From Trichoplax sp. H2 (taxonomy: Eukaryota), in the NCBI GenBank assembly GCA_003344405.1, contig NOWV01000010.1, positions 1-64,000 on the forward strand: a stretch of 64,000 nt of DNA, given 5' to 3'. Below are positions 1-15,237 of the stretch, one piece after another; the stretch's first letter is position 1; every line of letters begins with the position of its first letter. A model generated the notes under the pieces. It did not search any database. It was not told where the DNA came from and was given only the letters and a program-made list of their open reading frames with translations. The translations under genes were made by a program, and so were the position numbers.

Positions 1-98
1 ATTCAATTATTTTATAGTAAGGAAATCAAATAGAGTATTAGATACGTTAATACGTGATATTAAACGTTTATAAAGAGAATCATGTTTATCTATTTCAG

Positions 99-3000
99 TT
101 CCTAGTATCGTTATGGATGTATCTGTAACGGTGATCAACTCGACTTCTATTAATATTACATGGGGCGCACCATTAAAGCTAAACGGATACGTAGGATATA
201 AATTAGAAAGGACATTAGCAAATGAAAGTCAATGGGAATTAATCTTCGACAGTACAACAAGGGGATTTACTGATACAGGATTACATCCATATACAGTATA
301 TTCATACCGTGTTCTCGCATATAACTTAAAATACAACTTAAACAGCTCAGAAAGTCAAGAAGTTAACGGAACGACACAACAATCTGGTATGATCTACATA
401 AGATGATAATACTTTATTATGCGGTTGATATGTTTTATCGTTTAATCTTTATGTATATATGTAGATTTATTAATAAATAACATTTATAAAACATTACTTA
501 TTTTATGTCTAGTACCAAGTGCATCCCCACAAAAAGTACAAGTAACGACGATAAATTCAACTAGCTTAAAAGTAACGTGGAAATCACCTCCTGATGGTAA
601 CAAGAATGGCATTGTTATTATATATCTGGTTCGATATAAATCAGTATCAGAACTGTCTTATAAAAATGCCAGTATGAATGGCACCATTCTCAGCGTTGAT
701 TTGGCAAATTTAGAGATTTTTACAAACTATACGATATCGGTAGCAGCCGGAACTAGTATTGGCCTAGGGCCATATAGCCCCCAAATAACTGGTTTAACCG
801 ATGAAGACGGTAAGATGATTTTTATCCATATATATAAATTTGTATTTCTATCGTTTCTATGTGTTTAATTCATAAGATTTGTCAATCGATGCAAGGAAAA
901 ATCAGCTTACGGTAACAAACTTAGTTATTTAATTCAGTCTAAATCATTCCTCGCTTCATTTTACAGTGCCTCTGGATCCTCCAAGGAATATCTTAGTTGT
1001 TGATTATAACGCCACTGCTCTTCGAATACTATGGTCTCCACCAGTACGATCATATGGTAGAATTGCATATCTCGTTTATCAAATAGCATCCGTGGCTAAT
1101 ACTGCAGATCTATTAATTTATAATGGATCCTTAACTGAAGCATATGCCAGAAATCTGGAAGAGTTCCGTAATTATACTTTCTTTGTGAAAGCATATAATA
1201 TTAAGTATAACCTTGAAGGTCCTTCAAGCATCCACGCAGTTGGTGAAACAAGACAAGAAAGTAAGTTTATTCAGTTGTACCTTATGCTTCTAGTTAAAAG
1301 GCACATATTTAACTTGGCATTTTTTTTGGTTTTGTTTATCAAATTGGCTTTTGGTATCATTTATAAAGAACCTAGTGAATCCCCTCAGTCTGTCATTGTC
1401 AGAGCCTTTAATTCAACCAGCCTAAATATCACATGGAGTCCACCACCGATTTTGCATCAAAATGGACACATTACCCAGTATAGATTAATCTATTTCAAAG
1501 CTAACAATAGCGAAGTTTATTCTACCATTGTAGTTAACGGAAACAAGAGAAATATAATACTGGTTGGTTTAGACAAGTTTACCGCTTACAACGTCACAAT
1601 AAGTGCTGCTACAGCTGTTGGTTTTGGCCCGTATAGCTCTTTAGTGAGTGTAAAAACGGATGAAGATGGTAAATCAAAGTCTCCATTTATTTAACCTAAG
1701 TTGTTCGATGCTTCATTTATTCTATTATTGACTACATTTATATGTGATCTCTAAATTAGCGCCTGAGAGCCCAGCGAACGATTTTAATGCGTTTACTATC
1801 AATTCTACGGCTATCTTTTTAAACTGGACAGTGCCCATTGTACCTAATGGCATCGTTGAATATTCAATTTATCAACAGCTCGATTATTTGAATAGTCCTC
1901 AAGAAATAGTCTATCAAGGGCCTGATACATCTTATGTTGCCCGTAATCTGCATGCTTACTTTAATTATACTTATCGGATAGTCGTATATAATAAAAAATA
2001 CAACTTAGAAGGTCCAAGTACTAAATCGATTAAAAGGCAAACTGATCAAGACGGTTAGTGGGTTTCAGGTGTTACACCTACGGCAAATAATAATAGAATA
2101 TTGCTTGAGAAAATTGATGAGTAATTGTAATACTTTGTTTCAATACCATTATTTGAGAGAAGTTATTTAGGTAGTCCGTGAGTCTAGCGTTACAAATATT
2201 ACCTTTAAGCATAACGCAATGAATGATCTTACTGAGATTCACCGCTATTTATCATATGCTAATGATAGTTATTATATACTTTAATTTTTTTCACCTATGC
2301 AGCTCCAAGTGCTCCACCAAGGAATGTTACTGGTTTTGGAAATTCGTCAACTACCATTTATCTTAATTGGGATCCACCCTCAATTTTTGATGAAAATGGT
2401 ATCATCCTTTTGTATTCGATTCGATACATGAATATCCAAACAAATGTAACCATGCAGAAGGAAGTCGTTGGAACTAGAAATTATGCCCTTTTAGAGAATC
2501 TTAAAAAATGGAGCGAATACAGAATTGCGATCTCCTGTTCCACAGTTATTGGGAGAGGACCTTTTAGTGCAATTCTCTCTGTCATGACTGATGAGGATGG
2601 TATGATGCATTTCATGAAATGTAGACTGTATTTAAATCCATATTTTATTAAATTTCTCACTTTTAAATGTTCTAATGTGTTACAGTACCGGCGTCACCCG
2701 TACGGGATTTGAATATAACTGCCGTCAATTCTACCACTTTAATGGTGTCCTGGTTACCGCCCACTATCCCAAATGGAAGGGTTAAATTTCTTGTGTACTC
2801 AAATGCTGTTGATACAATTGGCAGCATACTTGCATGTAATGTAGAGCAACTGCATTGCAGCATAGTTGGTCTTCAAGAGTATACGGACTACAACATTACT
2901 GTCGTCGTTTATAACTTTAAATATGATCTACTTGGACCGCCTAGCGAGAGCGTTGTTGGAAGAACTCTACAAGACGGTATTATGGTTTATGTTGGAGACA

Positions 3001-6000
3001 CTTTGTTTTCATTTGTGATTACTTTAACATTTGTTTTGTTCTATAGTTCCTTCAGCGCCACCAATGAATGTTTCTATTACTGTGGTTAGCGATACGAGTT
3101 TAGGAATACGTTGGAACGCTCCATTGCAAAAAGATCAAAATGGGATTATTACATCTTACCAGATTCGCTACAATATCAGCTCGTTAAATCCTATTAAGGA
3201 ATCTTATTTTACAAATTATACCCTTTCCGGTTTATCAATTTTTACTGTTTATGGCATAGAAGTAAGAGCTAATACTGTAGTTGGTTCCGGACCATGGAGT
3301 GAAATTATATATAATAGGACGGATGAAGCCAGTAAGTTTCTTTATTATTTTGACCTTCAAATTTCAAGGAACTGAGCAAATATACTATTGCGATCTCGCA
3401 CGCAATCGTACTTGGAGTACGTTACTAACTATTTAATATTTCGTACGTTACATTTATAGTTCCGGCTTTTAGTCCGAATATAACAAGTATTTCTAATATT
3501 CAAAATACCACGGTTACATTGCACTGGCCGGTAAGCATGCAACATTTCAGATACGAGATTAAGGTTGACGTTAGCCAGTAGGCATAAAATTTTGTTTCCT
3601 TTCTAGGCTTTAGCATTATCTGAAAGACATGGAATTATCATTGGCTTTCATATCATCCTAAACAATACAGATTTTGAAATATTTCAAAATGTCACCATAT
3701 CTGCTGCTGATGCTAGTGTTTCTATTGGGGAGAGAAGCTACGTCATTACAAATCTGAAACCATTTTCAACATATGATATTGCATTGCAAGTATTTAATAA
3801 GAAAGGCCCAGCAGCGATTGGATTTACTAAGTCTGTAAAGACGACGGAAGGAGGTAAATGAACAAACAGAAGAAAATTCTATTTTATATTTGCGGCTAGA
3901 CAACACAATAATCGGGAATAGTTTTACTAATCTAGTATTAAATTTGATTTATAATTGAACCAGTTCCTACAGGTCCACCCATTAATGTAAATGCAAATTT
4001 GGTAGCAAGGTCAACATCTTTAAACATCACCTGGCAGTTACCGGTCGCTGATGATAGGAATGGAATTATCGACCGTTTCATAATTTATTATGAACCTTTC
4101 GCCACTTCATCAACAATTCAGCAAGCTGCCGTAGCCGGAAATATTACAAATTATCTTCTGCAAGGCTTACAGATTTGGACAAACTATTCTATTTCTATCT
4201 GTGCTGTTACAATAGCTGTAGGACCTTGTAGTATAAACGTTTATACCCAGACCGATGAATCTGGTAGGTTCATACGAAGCGTCAATTGCTGTACTGGAAA
4301 GTTTACTTATTTCTAAATTGTTAAATTTTAGTTCCAAAGAACCCTCAAGACTTGACTGCGACTACAGTATCGACAACTCAAATACGTTTAAGTTGGAGGG
4401 CACCATTAGAGCCGAATGGAATAATTAAATATAACGTCTATGGTTCTCAAGTCTCACAACCTCCATATATTATCGGATCAACTGAATCATTATTTTTTTT
4501 CGTGCGTGGCTTGAAGCCCTACCATTACTACTCATTTTTTGTAAAAGCTTTAAATAAGAAATACTCGTTACTAAGTAACCAGAGTAATCTTGCAACAAAT
4601 CGTACTTTGCAAGGTAAGATTGCGTAATAATACTTCACATTTCAGCAGAATTAGTGTTTGTTATCTCAGCAATAAATCTTTCTTTTTATACTTAGCTGCT
4701 CCTGGGCCCTTGCGTAATGTTACGGCCATACCACTATCTTCAACTTCTATTAATATCAATTGGCTGCCACCTTTACCGGAAGAACTTAATGGAATAATTA
4801 GTAGATACAATGTCGAGTACAAACTTGTTGGGCGCAATGAAAGCAAGGTCGAAACTACTCTTAACAATGCAACGACTTCACTTATTATTAGTGGCTTACG
4901 GAAATTTTCCGAATATCGAATAGTAGCTTACGCCATTAATGATTTCTTGGTGAGAGATGGCAACGGAACGACTTCTGCTCCTATCACAGTTATAACGAAA
5001 GAAGATGGTAAGAAATTAAATTAATGGATGAACTTGAAATTAAATCCAACCTATTCTTATAGTCTGTTATATTACAATTTCAGCACCAAGTCAAGGACCC
5101 GTTCCGTCAATCATTGTTATTACAGATCGTCGCATTACTATTACTTGGAATGTATGTAATAGAATCTGATATCTGTCGTAGAAATGAGCGTAACAGAAAT
5201 GATAATAATAATGACTTTGATGATGTAATTATCTTATTAAATAAGGCTTGTAATTTTTCAGAAACTTGCCGTACAGTACAGAAATGGGATAGTCAGAGGA
5301 TATGTTATATCTTACTATGATCCGTGGAATATGATAGATAAAAACGTAAACTTAACTAGCAATGATTTATCTCTAAATGAGAGTAGCTTTGTTTTCGTTG
5401 TGAAAGCATTACATCCGTTTACAAACTACTCATTCGGTATCGCAGCGTATACTTCTGTCGGAGTTGGGCCGGCTAATGTTCAAGCACATGCTACAACGAA
5501 CCAGTCTGGTATATTTGAATCGTATTAATTCTCAATTTTGCTGATTAAAATCTAGAATCAGTTACTGATTTATATAGTGGAGTACGTTAGGAGACTTAAA
5601 AAGTTATTTTCTTTAAACCTACTTTTCATTCTTGCAGCTCCAGACGCAGCTCCAAGAGGTGTTCAGGGAACAAACACGAGTGCCACAAGTATTTTGATAA
5701 TGTGGTCTCCCCCAGTAGCAATTAGTATTAACGGAATCATCACGAAATATGTTGTGAAAGTGAATAATTTTACCAGAGAAACAACTCTAAACCAAATTGA
5801 AGTTGCTCAACTCTCAGTCTTTACAAAATATGCAGTCCAAGTCGCTGCTTATACTGTTGATATTGGTCCTTTCAGTAGCCTCATATACATTTACACGGAT
5901 GAATTGAGTAGGATTTGTGAAGCTATTTCTATTCTGCTGAGTCGTAGCGTTAGCAGTTAGGTGTTTTCTTACTAAAGTTCACTATATTTTCTTGTTTTTT

Positions 6001-9000
6001 AATAGCTCCAGGATCCGTCGCTGTGTTGAATGTAACAATAATTCCTCCACAAATTCCAGTAACTGACCGTTCTCCTGTTGGATTGCAAGTTAATTGGTTT
6101 GCACCTGCAATGCCTAATGGAATTATTATAGACTATGTACTAGAATATTTCCCGACTAGAAATGCGAGCTTGATCCGAACTGTTACTGTCGATTGCTGTT
6201 TCTATTCTATTAATGATTTAGGTATTTCATAAAGTGTAAAATAAACAAAGTATCTAGGAATTATATCAAACTTATCATTAAACTTTCGGCTCGGCTCCAT
6301 ATTAAAAGTTGCTTGAATCTTTCAGTTGCATTTCAGTATTACAACGTTTCGTTGACTCCTTCTACTTCCAAGGGATATGGTAGCACGGCTATGATCATGA
6401 TTAGAACAGACTCTACGGGTAAATTACTGTATTAATGAATCGTAAAAATGTATTCAATAGCCTGAAAATTTTTTATCTATTATGTAGTTCCGTCCGAGGT
6501 TCGCTCTTTAGAAGTTGCACGGACAACATCTACAGAAATAGATATAGAATGGCAATCCCCGTTGCGTCCAAATGGCTTAGTTAATTACACTATTTCTTAT
6601 AGAACCAGTCGTGCATCGCTCGATACTGTAATATATACCAACGATACCTATGCTAAATTGGAAAATCTAGAAAAATATACTTTTTATCATATTTCCGTTC
6701 AGTCGTATAATCGAGAAAAATTATTGCCCAGTTCTAAATCACCGATGAATATTACTATTCGAACACAAATAGCTGGTAAACAATTAATGAATTATTATTC
6801 TGATATCTTTACATAATTTATTAAAGAACGTGAAAGACTTGTATTTATATTAATGACTTAAATAATCTTAAATATTCTTAAAATTTTGTAGCTCCTGATG
6901 ATTCTCCACAGAATGTGACGGTGATGGCAATTAATCAGACAAAAATATTTGTATCATGGAAACCACCTGCAAAGCCAAACGGTGTAATAGCAAGATACGT
7001 AATAAGGCAAACCAACACTGCTAATGAAATCATTGGTGTTGACACTTACGTCAGCAATAGAACTAACGAAACATTGATTAATTTGTCACCAAATACGCTG
7101 TATGGAATAAGTGTACGTGCTGCGACTTCGAGAGGAAATGGACCATTTTCGCAACCTGTATTTATAAAAACAAACCGCTACGGTATGGTCATTCTATATT
7201 AGACTATAGGTTATCAGTCGTGTAACATCGTTAATATCGTAACTATTGAAACTTTTTATTGTAGTTATATCGCCAGGTTCTTCTCCGACAGTAAATCAAA
7301 CTGGTTCTGATAACGTTGTGATAAATATCCAGCCACCCAATCAAGCTGCTGGAACTAATAATGCACTGTTAGTATGCCAAAATTTGGGATACGTACTGTC
7401 CTGTAAATAATAAAGATATACCTTATCGTGTACATGTATCCGATTAGCGGACACATGCTATGCTGTTTTTGATGGTTAACTTTTCTTTTCCAAAACGAAT
7501 TTTGTGTTATAGGTATTATCAAGTGATTGTGGTTCGAGTAGCGAAAAATACTGAGCTTGATCTTTCACCAATTCAGTTATCAGAGCGAATCAGACCGTTT
7601 AATGATAGCAGGCAGCCAGATTTAAACGTTCCTTATATAACATGCCAGTTCCTTGCTAGTGACTATAGTAAAAGAAAGGCGTTTGTCATTGGAAGTAGGT
7701 CAGAAATATGTAGTGGAAATGTAACTAGCAGCCAAAGCAGGAGGAAAAGAGCTACGTCATGCGACAACTACGATTATAAAAACCCTTCGCTATCTCCAAG
7801 TTCATATTACTTATTCTTTACTCGTGCCATTCTTGATTGTACCGATCCTACACAGGTAAATGCCTGCATTAAAAACTTCAACATACAGTACAGTTTCGTA
7901 CTACATTGGTATATGGTGGGCATTATTTGTAATATCTAATAATCGTAACTGCTTACATTCACATATTTGCTTAATTCATGTATAGATCACCTACTCTTTC
8001 AGCCAAATTTCCGTTACTATCGAAACTGGTATGTACCATTTAGCGTTAGTGTATGTATGCATGTATGTATGTATAAGTTAAAATAAATTCGAAACTAATG
8101 TAACCTTCTCAAGAGACTATATATTTCTGATTTGTTTAGCTTTTAATCCAAGCATAACTATAGCCATTGCTATCGTTGTTTCGATAATCATTCTTGGTAT
8201 TGCGACTGGAGGTTTTATCTATTGGAGGTTAGTTTATCAAGGATTTTTCGGCTCTCCTAGAGTGCTCGATAGCATGCATATATAGTAATCTATTAAGCGA
8301 CATAAACTATTGTGGAGTTCGCCATGCTTAAATTAACAAAGTTGATGGCTGTAACGTAAATAATACGATATAGGAAATATTACCAACCACTCCACAAAGA
8401 TAGCAAGAGCAATAATTCGTTACTACTGACACAGTTGACTGATAGCCATGTGAATAACCATATGCAAGATATTACCGAAAGATCAGGTATCATGGTTGTA
8501 GTCAAGAGTTAATATTGATACGCTGTAAGTTAAAGTGAAAACCGTTTCAAATACAAATATGAAATGCCCTTTTATATTTTATTACAGGTAAGCCAATAAG
8601 TGCCTCGGAATTCTCACTACATGTATCCAATTTGCATAAGGATGGAGATATTGGATTCTCTCAACAGTACAGTGTAAGATCATTTAATTAATTATAATTA
8701 ATTACCGATTAAAAACGTGTACTGAATATTAACTGTTGATTTAAATACTTTATTTTCATTCTAACCATTTATACAGCCAATTTTTTTGCTTTTGGTATTA
8801 AGTTCTGATCGTAAATTTTTTTAGACCATTCAACAAATAAATAACAAGCATGAATCAAATTGCGGGCGACATCCTTTCAACATTAAGAAAAATCGCTATG
8901 CCAATATTACATGCTGTATGTAACCGTATAATTGGAATACCTGCAATATTCTTTTTCATTCCGTTATAGCGACTTAATATTATTACAGATGATCACTCGC

Positions 9001-12000
9001 GAGTTAGACTTGCGCCTGTGGATGGTGAAGAAGGGTCGGATTATATTCATGCCAATTATATTGATGTATGAAATCTTATTCTTCTACAGGAGTCTATACT
9101 TAAAAAATAGTTTAACTGTTCTTTTTATTTATTAATCTAATTTACTAACTAGGGTTTTGGCGAGACTGCAGCTTATATTGCAACTCAAGGTAAACTAGAT
9201 GTGTTTATGAATGAGGGTTTGATTCAATGCAGTTATATCTTAATGTAATGTTTAAGCGTAATTTTAAAAACCTGCATGCAATGCTTTTAGGACCTACGAA
9301 AGCTACAGTTGCTGACTTTTGGCGCTTGGTGTGGGAGAAAGAGATATCTACCATAGTGATGTTAACCAATGTCGTAGAGAATCGAAGAGTAAGGATGTAA
9401 TAACGTACATGCAAGTGGATGACATTACATCAATTTATTAAATTGTAAATCTCTAATTTGTCTTGTCCGCAGGAAAAGTGCCTTCAATACTGGCCGACGG
9501 AAAATGAAGAAAGATTTAAATCAATTACAGTTAAAATTGTTGAATCCTTTAATTTAGCAGATTATACTGTAAGGCGGTTTGAATTATGCAAAGTAAGGAT
9601 AACTAGTTATTGATTACGAGATCTAACACTTTTAAGCTTAAATGTTCAGGTGAAATCATTCTGTAAATTTTTTACATTCTTTAACAGGAAGGGAATGAGA
9701 AGAGTCATGAAACTACTCAATTCCATTATACGTCTTGGCCTGACCATGGTGTGCCAAAGCATTCTACTTCAATCCTTAGTTTCGTAAGGAAGTCTAGCAT
9801 TTTTCATAGTAATAACAAGACAGGACCAATGCTTGTTCACTGCAGGTTAGCCTGATAACGTAACGATTGAAAAAATATGTAATTGATAAATTGGATTAAA
9901 ATTTAATCTTATTATTGGCTTCTTTCTTGTTTGTGAAGTGCTGGTGTAGGAAGAACAGGAACCTACATTACACTAGATGCTATGTTGAAAAGATTAAGAA
10001 AAGATAAGACTGTTGATGTTATGGGATTTGTTGTGAATATGAGAAAAAATAGAAACTATATGGTTCAAACCGAGGTATTATTTGCTGATTGGAGAAGGTC
10101 CTTTTGCTCACCCTTAAGCTATTTCTTCTTTATTCAATATTTAGACGCAATATATATTCATACATGATGCTTTGGTCGAGGCTGTAAGATGCGGAAATAC
10201 ATCAGTTGCGGCACATAATTTTTCTGAATACTATCGCAATTTGAAAATGCAGCAACCGAATGGTGATAAAACACTGCTAGAAGCTGAATATTCGGTAAAT
10301 ATACAATTATTATATATGAAGTATGATATATCTGAATATGTAGTCATGCAGAATGTGAAGATCCTTCTCATTATCAATAGAATCTTCGAAATATTTCATA
10401 TGATCGAAAAATTTGTGAGGGAAAGAAATCATATAACGTAAATAAGAACCGAGATAAATCTATATTTCCGGGTAATTTGCGACTAGTAGAAAGCTCATTT
10501 ATTGCGATATTTTTTACCAATTTATTGAGCTTTATTATATGAGAATGCTATGACTGCTATGTGTTAGATGACGAATACCGTGTTCGCTTATCAATGGTAC
10601 CTGGAATTGATGGATCTGACTATATTAACGCTGGTTATGTTGATGTAAGTAGATTAAACATGGTGTGTAAGGAGTCGGAAAACATTTTTATTTAATGGGG
10701 ATCATCGAGGTGCATAAAAGAGAGAATGAAATTGTCTTAAGATTTATGTAATTAACATTTTGTTTATACAGGGATATCGTCGAACGAAGGCGTACATTGT
10801 GACACAAATCCCCTTAGACAGCACTATAGGAGACTTTTGGAGAATGATCTGGGAACAACAATGTCGTGTAATTGTAGCATTAACTACAGAAAGTGATCAC
10901 GAACTGGTTTGCAACTAGCTCCTTATCAGCTGGATTGTTTCTGTTTCACCAAGCATTTTAATTTTTAGTTCTAAGATTTTATCCATTAATTTAATTTCAG
11001 TATGCTAAGTACTTACCCAGCGTCAAAAAGAAGAAGATATTTGAAGAAATATCTGTAGAAGCGTTAAAACAACGTAAAAATGAATCTTACGTGTCAACTG
11101 ATCTAAAATTATTTCATAAACAGGTTCTTGATAATGTTTTAATATTAACATACCATATATTATGGCAATCATATTAGTAAAAGTGCTTTTCGCTTATCTA
11201 AGTATTTTATTGTATTGAAGGAGTCAGCTTCGAAAATTGTCCGCCATCTTCACTACCTAAATTGGAAGAATGAAGCTCTATCACAGCACAGTCAAGATAT
11301 TGTAGATTTAATAGATCAGGCTGAAAAAATACAACCTCCGAACCGAAATAAAGCCATGACTGTCATTTCCAGGTACTGACATTGATTGCAAATGAGTTTA
11401 GTAAACAACCAGTTGAAACTATTCCTTTCTTTAGAACTGGAACTGGCCCCGCTGGAATGTTCATCACACTCGCAATATCACTAGATAAACTTAAAACAGA
11501 AAAAGAAGTAGATATTTTTCAAATAGTAAATAAATTGAGGAGCCAAAGACCAGGCATTATGCAAACACAGGTAATATAACACTTATTTGGTATTACTGTA
11601 AAGATACGCGAAAGCACTGTATGAGCAAATTAATAGATGATAATATTTACGAATATGCTACGAAAGATGAGCTTGAAAATCTGGGTATTTTTGACATAAT
11701 GAAATCTCACTAACCGAGGAGTGATGGCATACGTTACTATGAGCTACGGACTTATAATATGATATAATAACGGCTGTAATTATCAGTAAATAATGCCTTC
11801 AATAGCAAATTTCTTAAATGCTGAAAGAGATTTATTTTTGGGTACTGTATGTTAACACCAGTTTAAGTCACTAAGTAATGCTAAAGAGCGATTAAGTGGA
11901 GCAGTTCATTCCGATTTTTGAATACTATCGAATTAATTCAGAAGCAATAATAGTGTATAAAAGGCGATTTTGGCAATATATTGTGCATATATTTTTGTTG

Positions 12001-12353
12001 CCGTTGCAGCTATGAGTCTTATTGAAAATAGTGCATTCTTTAATTATAAAGATTTTTAAAGAAATATATGAAGCATTATTTGTGCATCATAATTGCCATG
12101 CTCAGTCTCTCGAATCTTGTAATTATATTCGATTACCAAATGCTCATCTATGTAGAAAGATAAGGCAGCAATCTTTGATAAAATCGGAATCATCAATTTT
12201 CTTTTGCTATAATTTTATGTAGTGCTAAATAATATTTTAGGTAATATTGTAATCCATGATCTTCCAATTTTTTTGCTAAAGTCGCGCATCATATTCTTAT
12301 TTCAGGACCAATATACGTTCTGCTATGAAACATTGGTAGAATACATGAAATGA
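99..12353 (+). CDS. Receptor-type protein tyrosine phosphatase (at least 17 FN3 repeats, TM, tandem PTP D1/D2), multi-exon, 5' end outside the window
   Basis: Phase-1 FN3 exons from 99-386 through 6892-7182 (e.g. PSAPP..W..P...NG.I..Y...L..FTNY.ISVAAGT..G.GPYS); membrane-proximal exons with RRKR; TM exon 8140-8227 ([25 protein letters not shown]); D1 with [52 protein letters not shown]2 with [18 protein letters not shown]; last exon 12306-12353 [15 protein letters not shown]. No specific vertebrate orthologue can be assigned by eye. Confidence 0.95.
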
Positions 12354-15237
12354 TTTGCGCATATTTCAAATACTCCACGAAGTATCCTCTTTAGAATTAA
12401 CAAAAATTTTATCGCTTATTTGTACTTCATATGCGAATGCAATCCATCTATAGGCATACATAGTTTTCAAGCTATGCTATTTTTTTTTATTGTCCGCAAA
12501 TATTAATTATTTTTCGGAATTATTAATTGTACTATTTAGAAATATAGACTCAAAAATGAATCTACGATTTTAATTGCTTGTTGTTTTAAATAAGATATTT
12601 ATTTGCGATACAGCCACAAAATGTATACTGCTGCAGAAGTATACGGTAGTTTGTAGCTTTACTAATACAATTTCAGTTATAAACTTAATAGACTTGGTAC
12701 GCAAATCTCTGTCTTCACAATCATGCTTGTTAGTTATACAGTTGGCAAAACTAACTGTAAAAATTATACTTTAGCAAATCTACCGCGTATAAGCTAGAGT
12801 TATTTGATAGCAATTAACTGTCCGCATGCAATGTCTTACGTGGAATTCTTATATTGATTGTCCTCTGATTATAGTTTTAGTGTCAAATATTAGTGCTATC
12901 AACGGTTGTGCCACTACGGATAAAAATTAACTATAAATGGTTATTATCTTATGAGACTCGCCTTTGAATAGTTCAAGTGTAAGAAATCATTAGTGATTTA
13001 TATTTTTATTTGTTAAGATATCAATAACAACGGCAAAGGGTAAGTGCATAAAAGTATATATATATAATACAGGTCATGCATCAATTTTATATATATATTT
13101 ACACTATATTTATACATATATGCATCCGCATTCTATAAGACTTTATATACTCCTGTAAGAAAACGTAACATACTTCTTGTTGTCGTTCTTAATTAATTTA
13201 TATACTTTGTCTCTGAAGTATACAGTACTTGGACTTCTTCAACATTTTATACCATGTGAATAAAATTTCATCTAGCATAAATTTTGCTTAGATCATATCA
13301 TATTACTTATATTGTATTTAGGTCTGGTATACTCGTGTGCAGTGTGGATGCGATAGATTGTAACTAAGAATTATGATAACGGTGCATCTTAGCTCTGTAG
13401 TTGTTTCATTAGAAGAAATTGCGATAGCGTATACCAAGTAATTACTATCTAATTTCAAACGGTGGTTTTTTTTACTGTAATGGGCAATTAACTCAGACTT
13501 TTGCACTAGTAGTTTACGAATATTGTAACACGAGAATAATCGTCGTTAGCCTGATAGCAAGTGCGCCGATTGAATTATTTTATGGTAGAGAAACATCTTT
13601 TCGACCTTTTCGACTACTTTAGCTTCGGTATAGGATGTTGACAATACCTAATACTACGTGTGTGACAATAGAGGTTTGCCTAATTTTAGCAAATTTAAAT
13701 TTGAGACTGTAGTGCAGCCCCAAATATAGCTTGGATTGTGATTGCAAGACTATACGAGAGTAGTGGTACTCGTTTGTTAGATTGTATGATTTTGAAGATA
13801 TCTATTTGTAGAAGAGTTTTACGTACGTATTGTCTTGATACTATTGAGATTTTCATAATAAGGTTCTGAGATAATAATAGATAGCGTTAATTATGTTAGT
13901 GCTATGAGCATTGTATTGCTAAGACGCGTGAATAATGAATAGCTCGTGCGATGATAACTGTTGTCTTGCGACTAAATTGGCAAGATATGATTGTAATGTG
14001 TAAAATTTATTCTGTAACAAAGAACAAATAAACCGCGAGCTTTTGTTGTAGTGATATAGTCCAGATATGTAGAAGTAGTCCTTGATAAATAAAAACAAAA
14101 TGATTTATGTGATAAAGTGAGCCTTGCAAGAAACTGTAGTTCTTGTTGTTATACTTTTGAGAAGACACTTCATCACATACTGTAACTGTAGTTGATTATA
14201 GTTTCCACATTACGCCAATCTTAAATTTAAAACTTGCTAGACTTATAAATAGCAATATTAAGTTTTGCAATATCTTAGAGAGAGCCTAATGCTCCAGAGT
14301 CAATCATAGACGATTATGATAGGATATGCGTAATTTAACTTCATTTTTTAGACCCAACTTCCTTAGTAGAAATCTTATTAAATTCTTAGCGACTTCTTTA
14401 GACGTAGTCTAGACTTTCTTCATAAGAATACTGTAATTTACAGGGCCAAACTGGATTTCCAAGAGCATCTGAATGAGACACTTTGGATGTGTTAGATTTA
14501 TTATTGAATAATTTACTAAGATTATAACTCTGCATGCGGCCGTTCTTAATATAATATTAAAAATCCATTTACGACGGCGCGTTTTCATTAATGAATGTAT
14601 TAATAATTTCTCTCAGTTCTTTATGCATAGTACTATTAATAAGGTTGGCCATGGACCCTCACTAGTAGCGTACTTCCTGATCGTAGGTTGCCTAGTGACT
14701 TTACTCTAGATTAGTCCCTGGATTTAATACTGGCGTAGCGGTAAAGCAGTAATAGCAATAGGAGAAGTTGTCTCTTCTTATTGTGCTAATATACTTAGCC
14801 AAATTTTGGTTTGGTAGCAACGAGTTACATCTTTAAAATATTAATAGAGACTTACAGTAAAGCATCTGACAATGATAAGGATCTTAGCAGTTATAGTATT
14901 GAAACTGCAATATTTAAATTGTTATATATACTTATATATCAGAATTTTCGGTCCCTAACAGGTTGACGAAGACAGAAATAGGCTAATCGAATATATACGG
15001 TATTTATCAACAATAATAGCGTACAAATTAAAAATGTTGTAGAAGACATACACTATTTCAAGCTCAGTTCATCATTTATATGAATTCTTATTAAATAAAT
15101 AAATTAATACTAATTTATTAGCGGTTAAAATTAAAGTTATTCGTTTATATTGGAAGCGTCTTCTATATTAGGACTAAGAGTTGCAAATGTGTTATAAAGT
15201 ACGGCTAAAAATAATCACAAACATGATTATTTACATT

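Noticed and set aside
966-1694. Apparent TM segment ([18 protein letters not shown]) between two FN3 repeats in the 242-aa ORF
   Set aside because: It is read-through of a T-rich GT-AG intron (1262-1368) that happens to lack a stop codon.
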